Origin: a virus
Strand: one strand, 5' to 3'
IMG/VR virus record: IMGVR_UViG_3300008954_002609
Coordinates: 1 to 64,000 of that record
DNA length: 64,000 nt
Within the stretch, counting starts at the first letter, position 1. Each line of letters starts with the position of its first letter. A program made the position numbers and the translations under genes. Below the pieces are notes generated by a model. It saw only the letters and a list, made by a program, of their open reading frames with translations. It did not search any database and was not told the origin of the DNA. Shown one piece after another: positions 1-8,223 of the stretch.

Positions 1-1555
1 ACTCTGCAAACACGGTATTCCATGCTAGTGCATTTGTACCCAAGTCATTTAGACCGTCTGTCTTTGGAACCAAACTTGAAATAAACCGACCTGTGACGTT
101 AACAGTGTCTCCTGTTGCGTCACCAATCAAAACATCACCTGAAGCGGTGAGATTTGTAATAACTGATGCTGACATATAAGCCTTGAGATCTGCCAATTCG
201 ACACCACGTACTTCATCTGCACTGGTATCGTGAACTGGTACAAGGTCTCCGTCTGCAAGGGCTCCGCCCCAGCTGGCAGCACCTTCTGCAGCCACAAAAT
301 TTAAGTGACCAATTTCTATAGAACCGGAAGCAACGTTGTCTCTGGTGACGCCACCAACTGCAAGTAGCTTGTTCCCTATTCTTGTCCTTGCCATGATTGA
401 AAATCCTCCTCCGAGGGCCGCGCCCCCTGTCATTCCTGATAGTGTTAAATCATCTGCCCTGTCGATGTCGACAGAGTGCTGAAAACTGGACGAAATTGCA
501 ACGTTGCCGTCTGTACCGTCGACGGCGTTCTCTAACGCGATTGAACCTGTGCCATTACTAGTAGAAAACGAAGCTGAAATCTGAATTGGCAGATTGTTAA
601 TCAATCTTGCCCAATGTTGAGCAAATTCAGATGGATTCAGAGCCCTGGTGCTGCCACCATCGCCATGAAACTGAGTATATGTAACTGAGCCTGATTTGAT
701 CGGCGCAGTAGTTGTATAATACTTCATCTGAGAAGCGTTCGTATTATTAGTAGTAGCGAAAATAAACGGTGGTTTGTTCAAGAGCTTTCCGGAGCTTGGA
801 GTGTTGGCTCCTGCTGCAGTCTGCCACGTTGTGTCGGCTCCTGACGCACCACTAGGAAACAATCTAAAACTTATTGGTGTACCGGCAGAAGAGGTATCAG
901 GTCGACACTGAACCTTCACGTATGCATTGCTGTTGGCTAGAGTTGGCGGGTCGATTTCAAGCTCACCTCTACGACGCGCCTCATCCAGAACAAAATATAG
1001 AGGATGTGCAATATAATCCTGAACTATGCTTGCGTTCGAATGCGCCTTTGATACATTAATATGATAACCATAACCATCACGATACATTTTGTTCGTCGTT
1101 CCACCTTGCACCAAGGTATAGTTGGAAGTAATGTTGTAATTGAAATCAATTTCAATCGAACCAGAACGACCATCACGAATCTCAAGCTTTATCGGCTGAG
1201 AACCCGTGGTACACCATAGACTTTCCCAGTCTCCCTTAGTGTTGTCCTTGGTATAATCCCCATACATCGAAGTAAAGTAGATGTAACCTGACTTAGTCCT
1301 ACCCTCTCTGTAGAGAGTCACGTACTTATTCGCACCACCTTCTCCGGCGATGTCAGCAGTGCTGTAAAAGGTACTTGAACCTGTTCCTTCTGCTGCTGTA
1401 CCAGATATTGCGGTGTGAGTAACCGTGTTTGCGGATGCCTGAACAATAAATGTAACCTGGCTATAGTCACTGCCTTGACCGTCATCCAGTTTCACCAAAG
1501 CAAACTTTGGTGGCACCTCATTCTTGACGGCTATAGTTCCTGTAGCTTTTGCCAT
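1..1555 (-). CDS. Putative tail-fibre/virion structural protein, >=518 aa, 3' end beyond the window edge (not in the ORF track)
   Basis: Translated by hand: ATG at 1555, preceded by AAGGAG, with no stop down to position 2 (MAKATGTIAVKNEVPPKF...SSLVPKTDGLNDLGTNALAWNTVFAE). The last visible segment resembles the 'P..D..YDLG.....W..VY' motif of phage fibre proteins. Rich in G/S/T/A. Confidence 0.75.
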   Translation of the reverse strand, partial: MAKATGTIAVKNEVPPKFALVKLDDGQGSDYSQVTFIVQASANTVTHTAISGTAAEGTGSSTFYSTADIAGEGGANKYVTLYREGRTKSGYIYFTSMYGDYTKDNTKGDWESLWCTTGSQPIKLEIRDGRSGSIEIDFNYNITSNYTLVQGGTTNKMYRDGYGYHINVSKAHSNASIVQDYIAHPLYFVLDEARRRGELEIDPPTLANSNAYVKVQCRPDTSSAGTPISFRLFPSGASGADTTWQTAAGANTPSSGKLLNKPPFIFATTNNTNASQMKYYTTTAPIKSGSVTYTQFHGDGGSTRALNPSEFAQHWARLINNLPIQISASFSTSNGTGSIALENAVDGTDGNVAISSSFQHSVDIDRADDLTLSGMTGGAALGGGFSIMARTRIGNKLLAVGGVTRDNVASGSIEIGHLNFVAAEGAASWGGALADGDLVPVHDTSADEVRGVELADLKAYMSASVITNLTASGDVLIGDATGDTVNVTGRFISSLVPKTDGLNDLGTNALAWNTVFAE

Positions 1556-1714
1556 GTTCTTTTTTCTCCTTATGTTTTATTGTTGAATAAAACAAACTTT
1601 TCCGTTAAACATAAAGGGTGAATAAATTGTAAATTATAGTTAGAAAACCGTAAGGAAAGGGATTAGGCAGGAAACTGTAGAAAACCAGAAGAAACTAATT
1701 AAAAAAACGCAAAT

Positions 1715-1948
1715 TTAAGAAAACAATATCTTTTTCAAATTTCTTATATTATTATCAAATCTACAAAAATCTGAACTTAGAAACTCTATTGCTCTTTTCT
1801 TGCACTCGGCGGGTTCCTCAAATTCAAAAAAGAATTTGCCTCCCTCAAGGCGATGACATTGAAGCAATTTTATGTTAAAAATTTGCAAATATGCTGCAAT
1901 ACCTATGTCTGACGTTGTATACGTCGTTTTCATGTCCAGGTTCTCCAT
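1715..1948 (-). CDS. Small DUF5659-like phage protein (likely start at the second Met, MKTTYTTSD)
   Basis: Pattern 'YTTSDIGIAAYL...GKFFFEF' recalled from DUF5659-like proteins. GGAG precedes the second Met. Confidence 0.55.
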   Translation of the reverse strand: MENLDMKTTYTTSDIGIAAYLQIFNIKLLQCHRLEGGKFFFEFEEPAECKKRAIEFLSSDFCRFDNNIRNLKKILFS

Positions 1949-1978
1949 TTAAATATTTTGTCTCAAAAGTAACTATGC

Positions 1979-2572
1979 CTAATTCTTAATAAAAGTAGCC
2001 TTTTCTTCAGGTTTCTCTGGAAACTTAAGTTGATACTCTGAATTAGGATCAAGATTATAGTGTTCGTGCAAACTTGCCACATACTTTTTCAATCCCAGGT
2101 GAATTTGCTCAATATCTTCCATAATGCCTTCTTTTTCTGCCTCATAGTTCTGCTGTAGGAGCCCCAACCGAGACACTAAGCGTGGCAGGGCTTCCCTCAT
2201 TGATTGAACGTCTTGCCAGTGATGATCGGAGATCTCTGCTCGATCATTGAATTGAGGCTTTGGTGGAGGTGGGGGTGGCTCAGGCTCTTGAACCTGGTTC
2301 TTGGCTATCTGACCAGCCTTACTCAGAATAGAAACTCTCTCTTCTTCTGGGGGCTCAGGGGCTGGCTCAGGGGCTGGCTCAGGGGCTGGTTCAGGGGCTG
2401 GTTCAGGGGTTGGTTCAGGGGTTGGTTCAGGTTCGGTCTGGGCGTCTTCTTTCGGAATTTCTTCATCTTCTGACAAGATAGTTTCCAGTGCCTTTTCAGC
2501 CCTATCTTTAAAGTCTGGGTCGTTTTGCTTTATTTGTTCTAGCAGGTTTATTAGTTTATCTAGCGCGGACAT
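1979..2572 (-). CDS. Hypothetical protein with a Pro/Glu-rich linker and C-terminal coiled coil
   Basis: AAGGAG SD. (PEPT)2(PEPA)4 repeat plus a heptaproline run. ACTATTTA motif upstream. Confidence 0.75.
   Translation of the reverse strand: MSALDKLINLLEQIKQNDPDFKDRAEKALETILSEDEEIPKEDAQTEPEPTPEPTPEPAPEPAPEPAPEPAPEPPEEERVSILSKAGQIAKNQVQEPEPPPPPPKPQFNDRAEISDHHWQDVQSMREALPRLVSRLGLLQQNYEAEKEGIMEDIEQIHLGLKKYVASLHEHYNLDPNSEYQLKFPEKPEEKATFIKN
2352..2431. repeat. 12-bp tandem repeat, about 6.7 copies (GGYTCAGGGGYT), encoding PEPA/PEPT
   Basis: Read directly: 3x ggctcaggggct, 1x ggttcaggggct, 2x ggttcaggggtt, plus a partial unit. Confidence 0.95.
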
Positions 2573-2602
2573 TGATTCGGGCTCCTTCTTCTTTTACTAG
2601 TA

Positions 2603-2610
2603 TAAATAGT
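2603..2610 (-). promoter_or_regulatory. Putative late promoter ACTATTTA
   Basis: Recurrent intergenic motif, about 30 nt upstream of the ATG at 2572. Confidence 0.6.
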
Positions 2611-2645
2611 TTTTTTGATGGATTATTACTACAAATTTCTTTTTT

Positions 2646-3548
2646 TCACTCTTCAGTGTCGGTTAAATCCGTTATACTAATTGGCAAGTCGGGCAAGGTA
2701 AGTGAGCCCCTGTATTCGCCTATTTCCCTTTCTACTTGGTCACCTGTCAAAATTCTCTCTCTTGGCATCTTTAAGTCTACTGCATTTTCCCTTATCGAGA
2801 CATTCGGTGTGTCTCCAGAGCCACCGTAAAGGTGCCCCAGGACTTCAATGCTTATTTTCGTTTCATATTTCTTTTCATCAGTAGAAAGAGAGCTTAGGTT
2901 ATTTCTGTGATTAAAGTCTTGTTGTATAAACCCTTCATACCTGTGATACTCATCGTCATTTATTAAAATATAGTGGACGCCACCGGGACTGGTCATAAAG
3001 AAGTCCATTAAATTATTCATTTGTTGTTGGTATTCCGTTCTTAAAGTTACTTCATAACTTACCGTTACATAAACTGGCATTGGAATATACAATGTCTCAT
3101 AAACTACCTTGCCATTTTTCCTAGGAAAGTTAGGCTGACCCCGTTTTTTCTGAGCTTCTGCGTTTGCAAAATTGGCACTCTTGTCTTGTTTTATTCTTCT
3201 AGCAACGGGCAAGACTCCGCCCTTGCCGTCGGGGAAAATTGTATGATGGGGAGCCTGAATTGCACCTTTTTTGCCCAGGTCCTTTTTTACGGAAGTCCTC
3301 TCTGCGGTTATAATGGGGAGAATCAAAGAACCCTCTTTGTCTCTTATCCTTGAATCCGCCTTGGACTGAAATGAGCGTTCGGATGTTGTCCACACTATTG
3401 GCACAGGACTAGAACCTTTCGCTGTATCAACATGAAACTTCTGTTCTTGTAGGTACATCAACATTGCCTTATCTATGTTTTCCAACCTAGAAGGAGCGAA
3501 TGGGAATCCTAAAAATTGTTCATATATATCTTTATCACTTGGCATCAA
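2646..3548 (-). CDS. Tail completion/terminator protein (T4 gp15-like)
   Basis: Follows the gp13- and gp14-like genes. 'PMPVYVTVSYEVTL..EYQQQMN' segment resembles gp15-type proteins. Confidence 0.6.
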   Translation of the reverse strand: MMPSDKDIYEQFLGFPFAPSRLENIDKAMLMYLQEQKFHVDTAKGSSPVPIVWTTSERSFQSKADSRIRDKEGSLILPIITAERTSVKKDLGKKGAIQAPHHTIFPDGKGGVLPVARRIKQDKSANFANAEAQKKRGQPNFPRKNGKVVYETLYIPMPVYVTVSYEVTLRTEYQQQMNNLMDFFMTSPGGVHYILINDDEYHRYEGFIQQDFNHRNNLSSLSTDEKKYETKISIEVLGHLYGGSGDTPNVSIRENAVDLKMPRERILTGDQVEREIGEYRGSLTLPDLPISITDLTDTEE

Positions 3549-4023
3549 ACAATCCCTCTCTAGCCTTTATGCATTCTGCGGTTATTTCCATTTTATGCTG
3601 GACCTGTCCGAATATTTGTTTCGGTTCGTTTAAAGACACTATCTCGTAATATTCATCCCCGTATGAAACAAAATCCCCCTCTCTAACAAATAAGTTCTGA
3701 TCTTCCACAAGTCTCCTCTTGTGAAAATGAACCGTAATTTTTGACTTTCTATCAATTCCTAGATTGGTTGACTCGGTTTCATACCCCTTCCACTCGACCA
3801 GGGCATGAATTCTTATCGGATTTAAGAAGTTTTTCTGTATAGCTTCTCCATAAACTGGGTGGAAATCCGTATTTTCAATGCTAATGGGGTAGTACAAGAT
3901 TTGTTGCCCTATTACCCTTTCCACCAACTCATCGTTTACTTGCTTTACAAGGTCCCGCTCCTTCTTGCCAAGAAAAAGCGGAGGTGGGGGCTGTTGTGGT
4001 TGTTTCCATTTATTATCAGACAT
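3535..4023 (-). CDS. Neck/head-completion protein (T4 gp14-like)
   Basis: 'ELVERVIGQQILYY...VYGEAIQKNF' and 'EGDFV' motifs, plus synteny. Confidence 0.7.
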   Translation of the reverse strand: MSDNKWKQPQQPPPPLFLGKKERDLVKQVNDELVERVIGQQILYYPISIENTDFHPVYGEAIQKNFLNPIRIHALVEWKGYETESTNLGIDRKSKITVHFHKRRLVEDQNLFVREGDFVSYGDEYYEIVSLNEPKQIFGQVQHKMEITAECIKAREGLFDAK

Positions 4024-4029
4024 AGGTCA

Positions 4030-5328
4030 TCACCCCACAAACACCGGGTTGGGGACTTTCTTTTGCAGGTTTGATGCTGCTTCTAAAGTTTCTGCATCGA
4101 CCACAGCCAACTTTGAATAAGTCATTTCTGATAACGTGGCCTTTAACTCCTCCCTTAGTTTTTCTTGCTCTTCTCTCGCCTGAGAAATCAAGTCTGTTCC
4201 GTTCAGCGTTACTGACTCGCCTGGAATTGGTATTGTTTGAAATTTACTTCTTATTTGCCCCAGCATCTCCTTGCACAGAGAGAGGGAGAACCTTCTTATC
4301 CACTGCTTTCCAATACTATTAATACTCTTGTATGGCAAATTGGCGAAAGGCAAAGTATTCATGTTATTGATGCCATCCACACCAGTGTCAATGGCGGAAT
4401 CTTCTTCCATAAAAGGATCCGAGGGGATAGAAAACTGAATCCACATTGCCGATGGACCGCCGGTATATGGAATCGGGTGTATTCTCAGGCGATTATCCTT
4501 CAACTCATATGAAAAGTGAGACATTCTAGTATACATTGCGTCCTCAAACGCTCTCGCCTGGAGCTTGTTTTGCCAAGCTGGAATTAATTCAAAGGTTGAC
4601 GAGTCGGAGAACTGTCCATAATTGTGTAGATTTCCCACAACGTTCAGTCCGCCGTAGTATCCATAGAATCTCCACATTGCATGAGGAGTCTTATAGAAGA
4701 CCTTCTTTATAAGTATCTTCTTGTTTCCAATCTTACGAAAATAGTCAACGTTTGACGATCCCGCAGCGGAGGCGGATACTATTGTCTGGAGGTCGTAATC
4801 TTGCTGACCTTTTGTGATATCAAATGATGCAGAGTATTCTCTCTGTCCTCTGCCCATTCCTATCTCTGCTGCCGCTGCCTCAGTTGCCCTTCTTGCGTAC
4901 CCAAAATCAAAACGAGGAAACTTCAAAGAAGCTTGAGTTCCAGCCAGCGAAGACGACAGGGTGGTATCCCCAGATGACTTCATGTTTCCCAAGTGGTCGA
5001 ACGATGCAGTCGTGTGCCCCAAGAACGAGGACAGGGAATTATTTGCTTGATGAATGTTTACAATATATGAATATTCCAAGACTGCCTCTTCATAAGCAGT
5101 ATAAACGTTTGCTGTTGTCAATTCTACATCAAGAACATCGCCGCCTAATTTTCTATAAACATAAGTAACCTGATCTGCCGCTCCAGACAAAAAATTAAAA
5201 TCATAAAAATCGGATGAAGTGCTCGAATATACTTTATAAGGCACAGACCCGTTAACATCGTTGACTGCTCCAGTAACTGGCAGAACTGATTTACTCATTG
5301 TACTAGCTGGTGTTAGATTTGTTGGCAT
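4030..5328 (-). CDS. Neck protein (T4 gp13-like)
   Basis: C-terminal 'WIRRFSLSLCKEMLGQIRSKF..IPIPGESVTLNG..L' matches the gp13 pattern. GGAGG SD. Confidence 0.75.
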   Translation of the reverse strand: MPTNLTPASTMSKSVLPVTGAVNDVNGSVPYKVYSSTSSDFYDFNFLSGAADQVTYVYRKLGGDVLDVELTTANVYTAYEEAVLEYSYIVNIHQANNSLSSFLGHTTASFDHLGNMKSSGDTTLSSSLAGTQASLKFPRFDFGYARRATEAAAAEIGMGRGQREYSASFDITKGQQDYDLQTIVSASAAGSSNVDYFRKIGNKKILIKKVFYKTPHAMWRFYGYYGGLNVVGNLHNYGQFSDSSTFELIPAWQNKLQARAFEDAMYTRMSHFSYELKDNRLRIHPIPYTGGPSAMWIQFSIPSDPFMEEDSAIDTGVDGINNMNTLPFANLPYKSINSIGKQWIRRFSLSLCKEMLGQIRSKFQTIPIPGESVTLNGTDLISQAREEQEKLREELKATLSEMTYSKLAVVDAETLEAASNLQKKVPNPVFVG

Positions 5329-5356
5329 TCAAGGGATCCTCCAGTGCATTCTCTTT

Positions 5357-5364
5357 TAATTAGT
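5357..5364 (-). promoter_or_regulatory. Putative late promoter ACTAATTA
   Basis: Intergenic, upstream of the neck gene. Confidence 0.6.
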
Positions 5365-5390
5365 TACACAAACAAAGAAAATCCGGTCTG

Positions 5391-5786
5391 TTACACAGAA
5401 GACTTGGTTCTTCTCTTTCTTGTCGATCTAGTTTTGGTAGTTTTGGTAGTTGTAGTAGGATTAGTAGTGCTTGCTTTTGTATTTGCAGGACTCTGTCTTT
5501 TACTTTTGCGACTTCTCTTTGTTGTGCTAGTTTTCGCCTGCTTTGGGGCAATGACCGGGTTCGCCGGTGCGGGCGTGGCTGGGATCTCGCACTGTTCAAC
5601 AGTTGGCTGTTCTGGCTCCATTTGTTTTAAAGCGTTAACTGGTCTCTCTTCTTCAACCAGGGGCGTAGGCTGTGCTTCTTTGTTTGCAGGTTCCGCTTGA
5701 GCCCTAGCAAGCCTTATCGCCTCTCTTTTTCTTGCATACTTTTTAGCATACTTCACCATTGTTAATCTTTTTCTTGTTTTGCCCAT
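5391..5786 (-). CDS. Small, highly basic low-complexity protein
   Basis: AAGGAG SD and its own promoter motif. K/R-rich N- and C-termini. Confidence 0.75.
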   Translation of the reverse strand: MGKTRKRLTMVKYAKKYARKREAIRLARAQAEPANKEAQPTPLVEEERPVNALKQMEPEQPTVEQCEIPATPAPANPVIAPKQAKTSTTKRSRKSKRQSPANTKASTTNPTTTTKTTKTRSTRKRRTKSSV

Positions 5787-5816
5787 TGTAAACTCCTTCT
5801 TATTAGGCTTGTATAG

Positions 5817-5824
5817 TAATTAGT
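5817..5824 (-). promoter_or_regulatory. Putative late promoter ACTAATTA
   Basis: Immediately downstream of a terminator and upstream of the ATG at 5786. Confidence 0.6.
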
Positions 5825-5825
5825 C

Positions 5826-5863
5826 CAAAAAATAGAAAACCCCAAGCCATAAGACTTGGGGCT
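5826..5863 (-). terminator. Rho-independent terminator
   Basis: Minus strand AGCCCCAAGTC-TTAT-GGCTTGGGGTT, followed by TTCTATTTTTT. Confidence 0.85.
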
Positions 5864-5899
5864 GATTCTATTTCGATGATAAGTCGAGTTGATTATTTA

Positions 5900-6340
5900 T
5901 TAAGCGAACGCTGGCGTAGTCGCTGCAGAGATAAATCCCTGAACGAGCCACCTAGTATTGTCCTTATCGTAAACTACATCTACCCAGGAGCCCTGTTCTG
6001 TGTCCGCTGCGAGAGTCAATACGTCATCGTCAGTGGTGACGCCATCAGCTTTTATCTGATCTGTGTCCCCTGCTGCGTCGTCGTCGTCCCATGTGACCGC
6101 ACCCTGAAAGGCATCAGCCGCTGCTGCGGTTATAGTAATAGCGCCTGCGGCATCGTCAATAATCCAAAACGAATATCTAGTCCCGTTCTCCGGATCAGTT
6201 GGCAGGGTGATGGCCACTGCGCCGCCTGCGTCGACTGCGTAAAGCTCCCCACTCTCATTCTTTGAAATTGTCTTGTCAGCAGTTACCACCTCTAATCTCG
6301 CTCTGCTTGCTGAGTATGCTGCTCTTCCTACTTTTGCCAT
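5900..6340 (-). CDS. Putative capsid decoration/head-fibre protein
   Basis: Directly after the major capsid gene. Beta-rich acidic sequence ('AVAITLPT....G.RY.F'). AAGGAG SD. Flanked by its own promoter motif and terminator. Confidence 0.55.
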   Translation of the reverse strand: MAKVGRAAYSASRARLEVVTADKTISKNESGELYAVDAGGAVAITLPTDPENGTRYSFWIIDDAAGAITITAAAADAFQGAVTWDDDDAAGDTDQIKADGVTTDDDVLTLAADTEQGSWVDVVYDKDNTRWLVQGFISAATTPAFA

Positions 6341-6391
6341 TTTATAAATCTCCTTTTAATATATAAAAGCATTTCGCCTTATCACTTGTAG

Positions 6392-6399
6392 TAAATAGT
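6392..6399 (-). promoter_or_regulatory. Putative late promoter ACTATTTA
   Basis: Lies between the capsid terminator and the ATG at 6340. Confidence 0.6.
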
Positions 6400-6411
6400 T
6401 TATCAGTTTAG

Positions 6412-6438
6412 AAAAAGCCCCCCAAATCAATGGGGGGC
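6412..6438 (-). terminator. Rho-independent terminator after the major capsid gene
   Basis: Minus strand GCCCCCCA-TTGATT-TGGGGGGC-TTTTT. Confidence 0.9.
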
Positions 6439-6465
6439 AAATTCTTTTAGCTATCGGATGCTTAC

Positions 6466-8205
6466 TTAAGCACCTGCCTCACCTAGGAGACCACGAACAA
6501 TAACTAGACCGTACATATCAGGACGTACCATCTTCTTCGCATAGCGCGTCATGACGCCCTTACGAGGTACGAAGTCTTCCGTACCGAAGATAGTAGGTGT
6601 GACCTGCAATGGTACATAAGGAGCGTAGACATAGCCACTCTCAAGGAATGAACTACCCTTACGTCCTACGAGAACCACGTTTCTTGGGAAGTAAGGATCA
6701 ACATAGACCTCAAACTTCTTAGAAAGCGAGCCAGTCTTCACAGCACCGATGTCACCTCTATCAGCATCAGCAGTTACGCTTGCGCGGAAACCACTAGTGA
6801 ATTCAAGAATATTGGCAACTTCTGGAGAGCAAACAACAAAGTTTGCGCCGCCGCGAAGCGTCTTTCTGTGGATCTGAGCACTAACGTCATTGATAGTCTC
6901 AATGAGGGTCTCATACCACTCACTGACTGTACCAGTAAAGTCAGGCGATGCTGAAGTAGCACCTAACTCGTTACCACTGCTGTCGACAAACAATCCAGGA
7001 GCACGGCTCCAGTATCGAGTTCCAGCCTTAGCGCCATTAACAAGGTCACCAAGAATTTCCTGATCAATTTCGAGAGCAATCTGCTCCGAAAGGATCCCGG
7101 TCAATTCGACCTCTGCGTCAAGGTTGTGGTATGCATTGAGATCTTGTCCCAATTCAGGTGTCCACTTAGCCTTGAGCTTCTTAGTGACTGCGGTAACAGC
7201 AATGCTGTCAACCTTAATATCAATTTCTGGTATGCGTTGCTTACCAGTGGAAGAACCAACCTCGCCGGTAGCGGGTGATGGCTCTTCAAGACCCCAGGTG
7301 TCAGCACCAACAACAGATCCGAGGGCATCAGCCTGACCTGCGCCTGCGCCGCCAGCCTGGAACTTATCGTTGAGTGGGTAAGACAACAGAATGCCGTCGG
7401 CGGCGTCACCAGAGTTAGGAACACCATTGCCCAAGAAAACAATTCTTAGCTTACCAGCACTGGTAATCTGAGTGAGTCTTCTGACAAGTCGGTTGTTTGC
7501 CGATGCACCTGTAACTTCGCAGATTGCAGACAGGGCATTCCTGTTTAGATCCGCTGGGATACCTGCGCCGGAAAGCTCCAAGACAGTTACGTCATTTGAT
7601 CCAGCCAGAACATCTGGGTCCCACTTGATCAGGTGCTTTTGAGCCTCAGTCATTGCGCTAGGCGCGACTTCGTCACAAGCAGTTGAAGCTGCAGCGAAGT
7701 GACGTGAAGCACTTGCTGTTGGAGAACTGTAACCAGTTCCCAAGTTGTAAAAACCGCCAGGGCCACCACTGCTCATGTCACCATCAAGGTCAACACCACC
7801 AGTGATCTGACGACCAACTACGTTACCGCCATATACGGAATCGCTTTTGTTCATACCGGATCTGGTGTGAGTGTGTGTAAAGTCCAGGAAGAAAATGAGA
7901 CCACTTGGTAGACTCATTGGCTGTACCGAGACCAAATCGTTAGCAATCAATCCGCCGAATACACGACGAACAATTGGGAAAGCAACAGATGCGAAACCTT
8001 CGACATCGCCTGCTGCCATTGAGGAAGCCTCACGGAGAAGCTCCTTAGCCTGATTCTCAAGGAGAACGGCCATGTTATTCTTAGCATTATCGTTGCCTAG
8101 ACCCTCTAGAAGACCAGTCTTTTCCCACTTGTTGAGAAGTGCTGCTCCTTCTTTCGAGACGTCACGGCGCTGAATGCCTTCAGTTAGTTTTTGTAAAACA
8201 GACAT
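6466..8205 (-). CDS. Major capsid protein (T4 gp23-like)
   Basis: Motifs 'AVLLENQ', 'VSVQPMSLPSGLIFF', 'KLKAKWTPELGQDLNAYHNLDAEVEL', 'YAPYVPL' and 'PRKGVMTRYA'. AGGAGG SD. Confidence 0.97.
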   Translation of the reverse strand: MSVLQKLTEGIQRRDVSKEGAALLNKWEKTGLLEGLGNDNAKNNMAVLLENQAKELLREASSMAAGDVEGFASVAFPIVRRVFGGLIANDLVSVQPMSLPSGLIFFLDFTHTHTRSGMNKSDSVYGGNVVGRQITGGVDLDGDMSSGGPGGFYNLGTGYSSPTASASRHFAAASTACDEVAPSAMTEAQKHLIKWDPDVLAGSNDVTVLELSGAGIPADLNRNALSAICEVTGASANNRLVRRLTQITSAGKLRIVFLGNGVPNSGDAADGILLSYPLNDKFQAGGAGAGQADALGSVVGADTWGLEEPSPATGEVGSSTGKQRIPEIDIKVDSIAVTAVTKKLKAKWTPELGQDLNAYHNLDAEVELTGILSEQIALEIDQEILGDLVNGAKAGTRYWSRAPGLFVDSSGNELGATSASPDFTGTVSEWYETLIETINDVSAQIHRKTLRGGANFVVCSPEVANILEFTSGFRASVTADADRGDIGAVKTGSLSKKFEVYVDPYFPRNVVLVGRKGSSFLESGYVYAPYVPLQVTPTIFGTEDFVPRKGVMTRYAKKMVRPDMYGLVIVRGLLGEAGA

Positions 8206-8223
8206 ATTTAGTAACCTCCTATG

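Noticed and set aside
2352-2431. Possible CRISPR-like array
   Set aside because: The 12-bp units are contiguous with no spacers and lie in frame within a CDS.
2204-2473. + strand ORF with (GWLR/GWFR)n repeats
   Set aside because: It is the antisense reading of the PEPA tandem repeat.
2601-2608. Exact T4 late promoter TATAAATA on the + strand
   Set aside because: It points away from all genes. The same bases form the recurrent minus-strand ACTATTTA motif, which explains them better.
5360-5599. Alternative-frame minus ORF overlapping the basic protein gene, and similar nested minus ORFs in the capsid and giant genes
   Set aside because: No clear SD or motif. The main frames have SD support and conserved motifs.
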